Of a stretch of 64,000 nucleotides of DNA, positions 29,465 through 39,392 are shown piece by piece. The stretch is from the IMG/VR virus record IMGVR_UViG_3300020204_004581; one strand, 5' to 3'. Position 1 is the stretch's first letter. Each line of letters opens with the position of its first letter. The position numbers and the translations under genes were made by a program. The notes under the pieces are model-generated. The model was not told the origin of the DNA. It ran no database searches and worked only from the letters and a program-made list of their open reading frames with translations. The stretch comes from a virus.

Positions 29465-31267
29465 TTATCTTAACTCTCTCAAATCAAATGTTCTAACTCC
29501 ATCAACTGTGATTCTACCATAGAAACGGTTGTTAACCATTTTCTTAGCGTATCTAGTCATGATACCCTTGATAGGTGTGAAGTTGAATGGGTTATACATT
29601 GTTGGAGTAAGTTGTAAAGGTACATATGGTGCGTAGATATAACCTGTGTCAAGTAATGATGTTCCTTTATGACCCAATAACACTTGGTTTGCTGGGAAGT
29701 AAGGATCTCTATAAACTTGATATCTACCAGAAAGAGAACCAACTCTTTCAATACCCATGTTGTATTGATCTTGCTCAGGAGCCGCGTTTGATACGTGGAA
29801 ATATTCCAAATCATCAAAAATTGCACTGATTTCAGAAGATACAACGATCCAGTTAGCACCACCTCTTAGAGTTGATTTGTGGATCTGAGCTGAAATTTGG
29901 TTGATTGCTGTGATAAGCGTCTGGTTCCAGTCCTTTTGTGTATAAGGTACTGCATTGCTACCCAATTGCTTCCATCCGTTATAGTTCCATCTTAAGTTCC
30001 AAGCTGCACCTTTTCTAAGGTCTCTTAGGATCTCTCTATCGATTTCAGCTGCAACTTGCTCTGATAATAGAGCAGTTAATTCAGCTTCAGCATCGATGTT
30101 GTGGAATGCCGCAACGTCTTGAGCCAATTCAGGTGACCATTGAGCTCTTAGTTTTCTTTCAGTTACAGATACTGTTACAGCCTGTAGATCGAAAGAAACC
30201 TCACCCAATCTGTCTTCGAATTCCATTTCTTTGTAAACTCTATACTTACACTTGAATGCTTGGTTGTAGTCTGTGTTCACTGTTGTAGTGAATCCAGAAT
30301 AACCATCAAGTGAAGAAGAAGTTACTTCACAAGGAACTTGAAGATCAGCTTCAAGATAAATTACGCCATTAGCATCGCATATGTTGTTGTAAGATCCACC
30401 ATTACCTGTTGAAGGGAATGAAGTAGTTGCTTGTCCACCGTATTGTACAATACCTTGTCCGTAAACCTGAGTTACAACTCTGAATAATACTGGTGAGTTA
30501 ACACCTGAGAATCCATTAGCGGTTGCATTAGTGATTGGAAGAACTTGTAAAGAAGATAAGAAAGCTTCAGTATCTTGTTCGTTACCGTCTGGTCCGATCA
30601 ATTGACCTTGACCTGCACTGTTGAAACCTGAGAGTGCCATGATTACTTTTCTGTAAGTACCTGCAACGTATCCTGATTGGATTAGAGCACTTCCTGCAGA
30701 ATTCCATACTTGCGTAGAAGCTGTAATGGTCTCTGCCGAAAATGTACCTTTGGAATAATCGAATAGACCTGGGGGATCCAAATCTGGTTCGTTACCCTCA
30801 TAGAAAAGATCATAAAGATCTTTATCGTATTGGTTGTAACCAGCATTTTGTGATGACGGTCCGTTAGGTGCCCCAAACGGTGCATAGTGATCACCACCAT
30901 TTGTAGGTAATAATTCATCCGGAGACTGATATCTCTGAATGTGAGGTACGAAGTAGAACAACTTACCAATTGGTAGGTTCATAGCTTGTACTGAAACGAT
31001 ATCGTTAGCTAAAAGTTTAGAGAAAACTCTTCTAACGATTGGGAAAACTACAGTTTCGAAAGAACCTGATGAGTCAGTTGTAGCTGCTTCATTGATCAAA
31101 TATGATGCTTGGTTTTCGAAAAGCTGAGCGATGTTTTCCTTTTGGTGACCTTTAAGACCCTCTAAGAATCCTAATTTGTCCCATTTGTTGATAGTGTCTT
31201 CCTTGATAACTTTAAGGTGCTTAAGACCGATGTTACCAACGAGACCTGATTCTAATAATGCTCCCAT
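29465..31267 (-). CDS. Major capsid protein, T4 gp23-like, with large insertion
   Basis: PIVRRVF..L.A.DIVSVQAM..P.G..F, RKLRAQWSPELAQD..A.H.IDAEAELT..LSE....EIDREI, and G..YAPYVPL...F.P.KGIMTRY. Confidence 0.96.
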   Translation of the reverse strand: MGALLESGLVGNIGLKHLKVIKEDTINKWDKLGFLEGLKGHQKENIAQLFENQASYLINEAATTDSSGSFETVVFPIVRRVFSKLLANDIVSVQAMNLPIGKLFYFVPHIQRYQSPDELLPTNGGDHYAPFGAPNGPSSQNAGYNQYDKDLYDLFYEGNEPDLDPPGLFDYSKGTFSAETITASTQVWNSAGSALIQSGYVAGTYRKVIMALSGFNSAGQGQLIGPDGNEQDTEAFLSSLQVLPITNATANGFSGVNSPVLFRVVTQVYGQGIVQYGGQATTSFPSTGNGGSYNNICDANGVIYLEADLQVPCEVTSSSLDGYSGFTTTVNTDYNQAFKCKYRVYKEMEFEDRLGEVSFDLQAVTVSVTERKLRAQWSPELAQDVAAFHNIDAEAELTALLSEQVAAEIDREILRDLRKGAAWNLRWNYNGWKQLGSNAVPYTQKDWNQTLITAINQISAQIHKSTLRGGANWIVVSSEISAIFDDLEYFHVSNAAPEQDQYNMGIERVGSLSGRYQVYRDPYFPANQVLLGHKGTSLLDTGYIYAPYVPLQLTPTMYNPFNFTPIKGIMTRYAKKMVNNRFYGRITVDGVRTFDLRELR

Positions 31268-31296
31268 TTTTTATTTTTTTTTGTTTTTATATTTTA

Positions 31297-32937
31297 TTAT
31301 CCAATCTTATTCATAAGATCCTTAATTCTTAAGAATTGAGGTGCTTCGTAAGTCTTGGTTTCTATTAGATTTGTTGCTGACCCAGTAGATACAACCTTTT
31401 CGATTTTACCAACTGATTCGTTGATAGATTTAGAAGGTGTTGTTTCAGTTTGTGACAACTCATCTTTTAGAGTTTTGTATAGGTTTTTAGATTCTTTCAA
31501 TGATTCAACACTATCAAATCTTCTAAGGATGTTAATTTTTTCCTTTTTAGTTGTAGTATGTTCTGTGAATAATCTAGTAGCGTAAGCTAAATTTGAATTG
31601 AAGATTGCAACTTCATTTAGTTTCGATCTGAAAATGTTAAGTGCTTTTCTGTACTCTTCATTTTTTTCTCTAAGTTGTTTCACTTCTACTTCAAGGGATT
31701 CGTATGTGAGGTTTCTGTTATTAGTAATACCTTTTCTTAGACCTCTCGAATTATCCGCTGATCCAAACCCGTAAGTTCTAGCAGCTTCTTTGGTTTCTCT
31801 TTTTTCGAAACCAGCATCATCTCTACGAGCCTTAGTGGTTTTAAGGTTTTTCGAAGCAATTTTACCATGCTTCATTGATAACCTTTCATCCTCTTTGTCT
31901 TTGTATCCTTGACCTTCTTTTGTCTCTGCTTTAACAACTTTGGATTTTCCCTCCATATTTTCACCTTTCTTGTATTCAAATTTAGGTTTACCCATACCAA
32001 CGCCTTTTGTTCCTTGCTTCATTTTCTTTGGTGATTTGTATTCAGTCTCACCGTCATATTTGAAGTCAGGTTTTCCGATGCCCTTACCTACTGGTTTTAC
32101 GGCCATCTTAGCCTCTTTTACTCCGACCTTTTCATGGTCGTAAGATTCTTCAGTTGTGTCAATGTCGAATTGCATTTCTTCGTCTTCTTCTTCAATGTTA
32201 TGATGCATTCCTTCATAGGTATCCTCTTCGATTTCTTCAATCTCTTCCTCTTCCTCAATATCATCATCTTCCTCAATATCATCATCTTCGTCAAGACTAA
32301 TCTCATAAACAATTTCATCAACTTCTTCGTCTTCGTTATCATCCTCTTCTAAAGAATGATCGGAATCGAAAAGTTTGTCAACGATCATGTCAATGTTTTC
32401 ATCACTTACAGTATTCATGTCGGGTCCATCAGAATCCACATCCATGTCCTCCTCCATGTCATCTTGTTCGACTGTTTCTTCTTTCATAGATTCTCCTAAT
32501 TTAACAAGGTATTCAGCGTCCTGATTGTTATCAGTAATATGAATATCATTACCATCTTTTTTAACGATGATTCCATCTTCTTCGCCCATTGCTTTAAAAA
32601 TTTTAAGAATTTCTTCGTCAGATGCTCCTGTTAAGTCTATAGGACTTTCAGAATCCATATCCATGTCCATCTCAATGTCCATGTCCATTTCATCTTCATT
32701 ATCAACCTCAGTATCCATTTCATCTTCATCAGAATCCATTTCATCATCAGTATCTACTTCTGAGTCTAAGTCAACCTCATCTTCATCGTCTTGCTCCGAT
32801 AGAGATTCTTTTACTAATTGCCCGATTTCTTCTTTCATTGTAGAACGAAGTATTCCTTTTGCATTCTCGGCGATTGCTTGTTCAACATTTTTCATTTGAA
32901 TCAACGCCTCTTCAACAATTGATTTATTTTCTTGCAT
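31297..32937 (-). CDS. Prohead core/scaffolding protein (gp22-like position), very acidic
   Basis: Immediately upstream of MCP; D/E-rich centre and coiled-coil C-terminus. Confidence 0.72.
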   Translation of the reverse strand: MQENKSIVEEALIQMKNVEQAIAENAKGILRSTMKEEIGQLVKESLSEQDDEDEVDLDSEVDTDDEMDSDEDEMDTEVDNEDEMDMDIEMDMDMDSESPIDLTGASDEEILKIFKAMGEEDGIIVKKDGNDIHITDNNQDAEYLVKLGESMKEETVEQDDMEEDMDVDSDGPDMNTVSDENIDMIVDKLFDSDHSLEEDDNEDEEVDEIVYEISLDEDDDIEEDDDIEEEEEIEEIEEDTYEGMHHNIEEEDEEMQFDIDTTEESYDHEKVGVKEAKMAVKPVGKGIGKPDFKYDGETEYKSPKKMKQGTKGVGMGKPKFEYKKGENMEGKSKVVKAETKEGQGYKDKEDERLSMKHGKIASKNLKTTKARRDDAGFEKRETKEAARTYGFGSADNSRGLRKGITNNRNLTYESLEVEVKQLREKNEEYRKALNIFRSKLNEVAIFNSNLAYATRLFTEHTTTKKEKINILRRFDSVESLKESKNLYKTLKDELSQTETTPSKSINESVGKIEKVVSTGSATNLIETKTYEAPQFLRIKDLMNKIG

Positions 32938-32993
32938 AATAAATTGTTATTATTTTAACTTATAAATAGTGTGTTAATTGAAAAAATTTCGTT

Positions 32994-33305
32994 TTACGCT
33001 AACACAATTTGAGTTTTTTGAAATCTCTGTATTGTTGCGTCAGGATAGTTTGAACTGACCCAACTCAAAACGTTAGATTCTGTTGTATCAAACACGATAA
33101 GACTTCTAAAAGAACCTGAATCATTTAGTTCCACAGTAAAACCTGAACCGGTTGGATCATTTTTCACTATTTCTACCTCGTACTTGATTAGATTATATTG
33201 TGCCAATCCAAGAGATTGTGCCAAATTTATACCATTTTGAATAGTACCGTTTTCAATCACTTTTTTTGGAGAATCTGATATAGGAGAAGTTAATAGGATA
33301 TTCAT
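32994..33305 (-). CDS. Hypothetical protein
   Basis: 103-aa ORF with the late motif upstream (33316-33323). Confidence 0.7.
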   Translation of the reverse strand: MNILLTSPISDSPKKVIENGTIQNGINLAQSLGLAQYNLIKYEVEIVKNDPTGSGFTVELNDSGSFRSLIVFDTTESNVLSWVSSNYPDATIQRFQKTQIVLA

Positions 33306-33335
33306 AATTTTTTTTTATAAATATCACCAAATAAA

Positions 33336-33358
33336 AAAAGTGGTCTCAAACCACTTTT
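33336..33358 (-). terminator. Rho-independent terminator
   Basis: AAAAGTGGT-CTCAA-ACCACTTTT hairpin at the end of 33357..33566. Confidence 0.7.
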
Positions 33359-33566
33359 AATTAATTACTTCATCAATTTTACTTTCAGATACCGAGGTGA
33401 TCCTCCATTCATTTGAGAAACCTTCGAATCTATTTGTAACTTTAGCTTCAACATCGGTTACCGAAAAACCTTTAACAAGTTTTTCTTCTTTGATTTTTTT
33501 AATTTTTCCTGTGTTTTCATCAGGTAAATCATAAGTAATTTTTGCAACAAAAAATTTTTCGTTCAT
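33357..33566 (-). CDS. DUF4494-like small protein
   Basis: F.AKI.Y...ENTG.IKK.KE..LV...S.T..EA resembles Bacteroidota DUF4494 proteins (recalled, not searched). Confidence 0.6.
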   Translation of the reverse strand: MNEKFFVAKITYDLPDENTGKIKKIKEEKLVKGFSVTDVEAKVTNRFEGFSNEWRITSVSESKIDEVIN

Positions 33567-33575
33567 GGTTTAGAA

Positions 33576-34292
33576 TTATCTATCTAAATAATCGGTGAGT
33601 TTTTTCATTAAATCAATAGACTTATTTCCTTCAATTTTTACCTCAGTAATTTTCTCCTCCTCTAAATTTTCTTCATATTTCATTCTATCTTCAACATTCG
33701 GGAATAAATATGCTCCTGGTGTTGACGGTGATGAAACAAGATCAAAACATATTAGTTCGAAGTCATCTTGTACTTCATTCCTCTCCCCTATTTTTTTCAA
33801 GGATCCAACGCCACGAGATGATACTCCCATAGTGACTCCTTGTCTTAAAAGATTTGCTGCGATATCTCCTTTGGTGGACACAATGCCACTCTCATGAAAA
33901 CCTGGAGATGTTAATAATTTTAATTTACCCATTAAAATATTACCTTCCCACCATATGTCAGTAATTATGTGTGATACTCTGTCAAGATCAATTAACGAAG
34001 ACTCAGGGTGATTTAATTCAGAAGTTGATAGTCCTTTTTTGATTGTGTTTTTATATTTTTCTGCCTCTCTCTTTAGTATGGTCTCGGGATAAAATCTTCC
34101 ATTTCTGTTAGCTGTATTATATTTTTGGAGTACAGCATAAAATTCGAATGGTTTTTTGTAGTCTCTATCTTGAGCTTCTTTCAAAATAGATTCATTCAAC
34201 TTATCTAATGGAGATAGATATCCAGCATCATCCTCAATCAAAATTCCTTTTCCTGTTTCATGTGGTCCAAGTATTTTATATTGTTTCATCAA
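33576..34292 (-). CDS. Prohead core protease, T4 gp21-like
   Basis: NRNGRFYP, ELNHP (His), VSH, GVSSRGVGS (Ser) and FDLVSSPSTPGA. Confidence 0.95.
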   Translation of the reverse strand: MMKQYKILGPHETGKGILIEDDAGYLSPLDKLNESILKEAQDRDYKKPFEFYAVLQKYNTANRNGRFYPETILKREAEKYKNTIKKGLSTSELNHPESSLIDLDRVSHIITDIWWEGNILMGKLKLLTSPGFHESGIVSTKGDIAANLLRQGVTMGVSSRGVGSLKKIGERNEVQDDFELICFDLVSSPSTPGAYLFPNVEDRMKYEENLEEEKITEVKIEGNKSIDLMKKLTDYLDR

Positions 34293-34300
34293 AACTTTTT

Positions 34301-34765
34301 CTATAAATATACTTCTGACTTTGATTTTATAATATCTCCGTTTTTGGTTAGTGTAAAATCAAAATAATTATTACTTTTAAAGTTTTCTGAATTTATCAAG
34401 GATACTAATTTTTTTACTGAGTCTCTGATAATATTTGATTTGAAATCTATTTGTTGTAAAGTGAAAAGATTAATTTCCAAATTGAGGAATGATTTTTTTC
34501 CAAATACGATTCCCGAGGTCCTGAGATCCAAATCTACAATTAATTTGTCCTCGAAAATTTTTCTATCAAGTTGGTAATAAATTGTGTGTTTGATTTCTCG
34601 ACTAAAATTACATACAATTCTATTCCAATTATCAGATACGATTTTGGGATTGACCCATGATTGTATGTTTATGTAAATTGATTTTAATTTTTTTGAATCT
34701 ACTGTCCCATAATTTACTTTGAGGGATTCGAAGTTATTAATTTTTGAGGTTTTTCCTTTCTTCAT
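34301..34765 (-). CDS. Hypothetical protein
   Basis: 154-aa ORF divergent from the bS21 gene. Confidence 0.7.
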   Translation of the reverse strand: MKKGKTSKINNFESLKVNYGTVDSKKLKSIYINIQSWVNPKIVSDNWNRIVCNFSREIKHTIYYQLDRKIFEDKLIVDLDLRTSGIVFGKKSFLNLEINLFTLQQIDFKSNIIRDSVKKLVSLINSENFKSNNYFDFTLTKNGDIIKSKSEVYL

Positions 34766-34856
34766 TTTTTTTCATATACAAAGTTTATTTGTTTTTTAAA
34801 ATATTATGAAAAAAGGTTATAATTGTCAAAATTGACTTTTTGAAATATATGTTAGT

Positions 34857-35042
34857 ATGTTAATTATTGAAATCGGAAGAAACGATAATATTGAAAAAGC
34901 TCTCAAAAACTTGAAATCCAAGGTAATAAAAACAAAACAACAAAAAAAACTTTTTGAAAAAAAAGAATATGTTAAACCTTCAATCAAAAAAAGAGCACAA
35001 AAACTTAAGGCGATTTACAAAGAAAAAATGATCAATAATTAG
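34857..35042 (+). CDS. rpsU: Phage-encoded ribosomal protein bS21
   Basis: MLIIEI...NIEKALK..K.K...K..Y.KPS.KKR....KA.Y is the Bacteroidota-type S21 pattern; 61 aa, basic. Confidence 0.88.
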   Translation: MLIIEIGRNDNIEKALKNLKSKVIKTKQQKKLFEKKEYVKPSIKKRAQKLKAIYKEKMINN

Positions 35043-35743
35043 ATTGATTTTTCAAGTGATTTAATCCTAACAAAATTCATCTGATTGAACTCTTCATTCT
35101 TTAATCTATCTATTGTTTCTGAAATTTTTGTCTTAAGTTCAAACTCATTTTCGCCCTCCAACAGAGTTTGAAGTTTGTTTATAGCACTTTCTTTGATGGT
35201 TGTGAACTCTTTCTCCAAATCATTTTGATTTGATTTGATTATTTTAAAGAAATCTTTTTTGGTAGATTCATCCATCGTTTCGATGTAACTTTTCAAAGTC
35301 TGATTGGCTACTGAAACCATAGATGTTAATGGAAGATTGATTGATTCTTTAGAAACATTTGGAGATTTGGTCAAATTTGAAATTATATTATTTTTTGCTG
35401 AGACTCTTTCAGAGATATCAAAATTTTTTGTGTAAACCAAAGTATCCAAATCTTTGTATTTATTTTGAATTTGTTTAGAGCTAGATTTTGGTAATTTTGC
35501 TCCTTTTAATATAGATCTTATCAGAGATATACCTTCCTCGATATATTCTCTCGCATCTTTTTCGGACAAAGACTTTTGAGAAGTCAGATCATCATACAAA
35601 GAGTACAGTTTTGATAGAGACTTATTAGTTAAGATATTAGTGTGGAATTCTTTCATCACACCTTTGAAATTTTCAGAATCTTTATAGGATTCAATCAAAC
35701 TTTCTTCAATTATGGATTTAACCTCTCCAAAAGTCATGGTCAA
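35039..35743 (-). CDS. Hypothetical protein in the head module
   Basis: 234-aa helical ORF between portal and protease; late motif upstream. Confidence 0.75.
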   Translation of the reverse strand: MTMTFGEVKSIIEESLIESYKDSENFKGVMKEFHTNILTNKSLSKLYSLYDDLTSQKSLSEKDAREYIEEGISLIRSILKGAKLPKSSSKQIQNKYKDLDTLVYTKNFDISERVSAKNNIISNLTKSPNVSKESINLPLTSMVSVANQTLKSYIETMDESTKKDFFKIIKSNQNDLEKEFTTIKESAINKLQTLLEGENEFELKTKISETIDRLKNEEFNQMNFVRIKSLEKSI

Positions 35744-35758
35744 TTTTTTTTATAAATA

Positions 35759-37591
35759 TTAGGAATTTAGTAAGTCGTCTAACTCTTTTTCAATTTCTCC
35801 TAAATATTGTTGGCCATGACTCAAGTCCAAAATTGTTTTACCCTTAATCATGTCCGAATCGACCAAAATATTCATATTGTCGAATCGTGATTCTGGTACT
35901 GTTGGTTCTACTTCAGGTCCTGTTACCTCAGGTGCTGCGACATCTTCAGTTGGAGGTGGTGTCGTTTCAGAAGGTAATGCCCCCAACGCAGGTTCTGATA
36001 CCTCACCACTTGGGGTTGATCCAGCAGTGTCGGTAGATCCAGTTGTTGATCCATATAATTTATCTATATTGTCAAATATTCCTGTTTTCTGTATTACTGT
36101 TGGTGTATTTTTTAATTCTTCACCAACTGCTTTTTCAATTCTTTGTTGTTGTAAGTCAAGTTTGATTTCATCGTCGGACATCCCCAAAATATGTTTTTTA
36201 GCCCATGTTGAAGATACGGGTTGAATACCGTTACCAGGATCGGACACCGCATCTTTATACAAAAGAATTTTTTCTTTCCAAACATCAATTTTCAGAAGAT
36301 CAGCTTGAGTAGATGGATTTGTTAAACCTAAAGTGAAATTGGCAATCTCTTCCTCAAATCCGTTTAGAAAAAGATGTATGATTGCTATCTTATTCAGCTC
36401 TTGTAACATACTCTTTTGAATTCTATTAATTGTGCGTGCGAAACGGATATCTTGTAATGAAAGGTTTTTACCGTCACCAACAACTTCTTCAAATCCTAAA
36501 AAGGCTTTCGGAACTCTAAGTGCCGTCAATAATTTCTTTTGAATATATTCAATGTCGGCTATCTCTGCGAGGTTCGCAGCACCGGGTAGAGTATCGATAG
36601 GTGAAGGAGCAGCCGGATCTCTTACAGGTACAAAGTAGTCTTGGTCTACAGCCATCTGATTAAATCTGAGATCCACATTACCTGTCTTCTGATCTAAAAC
36701 TTGGTCTCTTTTGAATTTATTAGCAACACGTTGTACATATGCTTCAACGTCTTCGTCGTTCATATTTCCAACAAAAACTTTGAAAATTCTTCTTTCAGGC
36801 GCTCTTGATGTACGATAGATTAACATCGCGTCTTCGGAAAGTAAAAGTTGTTTCCAAATTCTTCTTGCTTTTTCCAGCATGGAGGTACCATATGGAAGTT
36901 TCCGATCATCACCCAATAATCTGAAGTGAGCGATTTCCCATGATTGGAATTCCATGTTCTTATTTTTCCACTTGAAATGTAATGCCCTTTGAGCTGTAGG
37001 ATCCTCAAGTGATTGAGCTCTTTTTTCGTGCATTCCTGCCTCAACCCTTTCGATCTCAATATTAGGTAATTGTTGGACTCCGACAACCCCCTTTTCAGGA
37101 TCTAATTTCAAATAGACAAAGTTATCACCATACTTACATGTATTTCTTGTCCACATAGGTAAGTTGGTGTTTATATCAAGTGTGTTATTGAATAAATCTG
37201 CTAAGACACTTTTGATTCTCTTTGACTCAGAATAAATTTGTAGAATAAATCCGTCTTCATTGGTGGTTGTAGATTCTTCAGCATATATGTCTAAAGCGGC
37301 TGATATCTCAGGAGTGTACTCCATAGACTCGTAATCGTATACTGAGGCTAATCTAGTCGGTTCATAATACACAGCTTGAGAATACAAATTATTCTCAATT
37401 TTTGCCCATTGATTCGATAAATAGAAAGTTTGTTGTGCTTGTAACTTTTCCTTCTCATATTGAGCCTTGTCTTGTGTTTTTAACAAAACTTCTTTGTCGA
37501 AATGAAAGGTCGGGTAATCCTGATTAAGGAGTGCGTTAGGTCCAAATGCGGCGGAAAGTCGTTGCCATACCGTTAGGTTCTTATTATCCAT
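35759..37591 (-). CDS. Portal protein, T4 gp20-like
   Basis: Y..M...PEI..A.D, EDAMLIYR.SRAPERRIF...VGN, DY..P.R, I.TLPG and DI.Y..KKL..AL.VP. Confidence 0.95.
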   Translation of the reverse strand: MDNKNLTVWQRLSAAFGPNALLNQDYPTFHFDKEVLLKTQDKAQYEKEKLQAQQTFYLSNQWAKIENNLYSQAVYYEPTRLASVYDYESMEYTPEISAALDIYAEESTTTNEDGFILQIYSESKRIKSVLADLFNNTLDINTNLPMWTRNTCKYGDNFVYLKLDPEKGVVGVQQLPNIEIERVEAGMHEKRAQSLEDPTAQRALHFKWKNKNMEFQSWEIAHFRLLGDDRKLPYGTSMLEKARRIWKQLLLSEDAMLIYRTSRAPERRIFKVFVGNMNDEDVEAYVQRVANKFKRDQVLDQKTGNVDLRFNQMAVDQDYFVPVRDPAAPSPIDTLPGAANLAEIADIEYIQKKLLTALRVPKAFLGFEEVVGDGKNLSLQDIRFARTINRIQKSMLQELNKIAIIHLFLNGFEEEIANFTLGLTNPSTQADLLKIDVWKEKILLYKDAVSDPGNGIQPVSSTWAKKHILGMSDDEIKLDLQQQRIEKAVGEELKNTPTVIQKTGIFDNIDKLYGSTTGSTDTAGSTPSGEVSEPALGALPSETTPPPTEDVAAPEVTGPEVEPTVPESRFDNMNILVDSDMIKGKTILDLSHGQQYLGEIEKELDDLLNS

Positions 37592-37628
37592 TTTACAATT
37601 TTACTTATTACATAGATAATATAAATAG

Positions 37629-39386
37629 TTATTTGGCTCCAAATAACCACCCGTATTTTCTGTAGTCTTCCCTCGACGCTTCGTTAATATATCTTGGATT
37701 TTGGTTGTTTGAAACAGGAATATGTGGATTAAAAAAATCAGATCTTATTTTGTTTTCACTACGCTCTGTATGCCATGAGTCTATCATAATTTTAGTTTGT
37801 TGTACAACTTTTTGTAAATTTTGAAATGCTGTATCCCCAACATAGATTGCCATTGCTATGGACATTAATGCATCGTCATGATGACCCCTTTGATGGTCAG
37901 GTCTACCATTTACATAAATAAATTTACCCATTTCATTTAGGAGTCTCTCTGACCTTATTTTAAATTCATGCCTCAACGCTTCCTCCAATGATGCTATTAT
38001 CTGTACCCTCTTTGCATTGAAGTTGATACCTGGTATCTTTTCGTCTCTTTTCGGATCCCACTTGTATTTGTTTCTCTCTGTCAATCCTTCAACATAGAGA
38101 TTTTTATATCCTAGTTCTTGTAGTTTTCTTGCTGTAGCAACACCCATCCCACCCGTCAAATCTGTGACTATCATGGCGTTATACATTTTTCCCCACTTAT
38201 AAGCTATTTCTGCTAAAACGTCAGGAGGAGTTTTACCTACATATTCAAATACTTGCTCTCTCGCATCAAAATCAATGATTTGTATACAAGAAAAATCCTC
38301 TGAGTCACCTCTTGAAACGTCTACACCCATGATGTACCGGTGACTCATTTCAGGGTCTTTCCATATCCAAAGATTACCTGCCATCATTTTACCGTCGGGT
38401 TCTTTCACATCATTATCTTTTATTTTTGTTAAAAGATTGGAATCAAATACATTGTCGCCTGATCCAAGGAAGTTACACTCAAGTTCCTGAGCTACTTTTC
38501 TCTTGTCATATTTAAGTTTTTTTACCATTCCCTCAAACCATGATGAACAAGGTTTATAACCCTTTTTAATATAATCTTTTACTATATCATAATTCCTTTC
38601 ATACGGATTATCTACTTCCAAATTAACAACTTCTGTGTTTTTGTAATTTTCACGGTTTAATAGATAGTCGGTAAGATCCTCACACTTCACCATTTGTAAA
38701 TCCCTATTGTACCTTGGATCTTTATACCAAAACAACTCAGTAATCTTGAAAGTATTCATGTTTCTCATTGATTGTTCATAAATTTCGTAATATATCGGGT
38801 CATACCCATTCGGAGTGGAAATTACAATCACTTTTCCTCCTGTTGAAAGTGAGGCCATACAAGCAGCCCAAAAATCATCATCGGCCTCAATATAAGCGGC
38901 TTCGTCAAATATTAATATTGTTGGTGTATATCCGCGAAGAGCGTCTTTTGAAGTTGCAACAGCTTTTACTTCACAATTGTTTGTAAATTTGAAATGTCTT
39001 TGTGAGTTTTTTTCTATTGAAAATCCAACACCTACCCAAGCTGGCCATTGTTCTGAAAAGGATCTGACTTTGTTAGCAAACTCAACAGCAGTATCAAGTT
39101 TGTTTGCTATAATCAAGATTTTCTCAGGGTTGTTTTTTTTCGCAAAAACTAACTTTTTTGAGGCCCAAGCTGCGGTCACGGTGGATACACCCGCTTGCCT
39201 ATACTTCAATGCAATATTTTCGTTAAAGTTATCGTAGTCTTCAACCAAAGTTATTTGGTCAGGAAAAAGATCCAACGGAACAAACTTTTTAACCGTATTG
39301 TCAAAAGTTTGAAGATAGGTTCTCATCGCATACGGAGTGTTTTTCATACACTTCGTTACTTCAATAATTAATTGTTCTTTTGTCAC
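37629..39386 (-). CDS. Terminase large subunit, T4 gp17-like
   Basis: KYRQAGVST (Walker A variant), LIFDEAA (Walker B), ISTPNG, QELEC.F, nuclease motif GVDVSRG and HDD. Confidence 0.95.
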   Translation of the reverse strand: MTKEQLIIEVTKCMKNTPYAMRTYLQTFDNTVKKFVPLDLFPDQITLVEDYDNFNENIALKYRQAGVSTVTAAWASKKLVFAKKNNPEKILIIANKLDTAVEFANKVRSFSEQWPAWVGVGFSIEKNSQRHFKFTNNCEVKAVATSKDALRGYTPTILIFDEAAYIEADDDFWAACMASLSTGGKVIVISTPNGYDPIYYEIYEQSMRNMNTFKITELFWYKDPRYNRDLQMVKCEDLTDYLLNRENYKNTEVVNLEVDNPYERNYDIVKDYIKKGYKPCSSWFEGMVKKLKYDKRKVAQELECNFLGSGDNVFDSNLLTKIKDNDVKEPDGKMMAGNLWIWKDPEMSHRYIMGVDVSRGDSEDFSCIQIIDFDAREQVFEYVGKTPPDVLAEIAYKWGKMYNAMIVTDLTGGMGVATARKLQELGYKNLYVEGLTERNKYKWDPKRDEKIPGINFNAKRVQIIASLEEALRHEFKIRSERLLNEMGKFIYVNGRPDHQRGHHDDALMSIAMAIYVGDTAFQNLQKVVQQTKIMIDSWHTERSENKIRSDFFNPHIPVSNNQNPRYINEASREDYRKYGWLFGAK

Positions 39387-39392
39387 TGAAAA

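Noticed and set aside
32250-32290. 18-bp duplication in the scaffold gene
   Set aside because: It is a low-complexity acidic coding repeat (EDDDIE), not a separate element.
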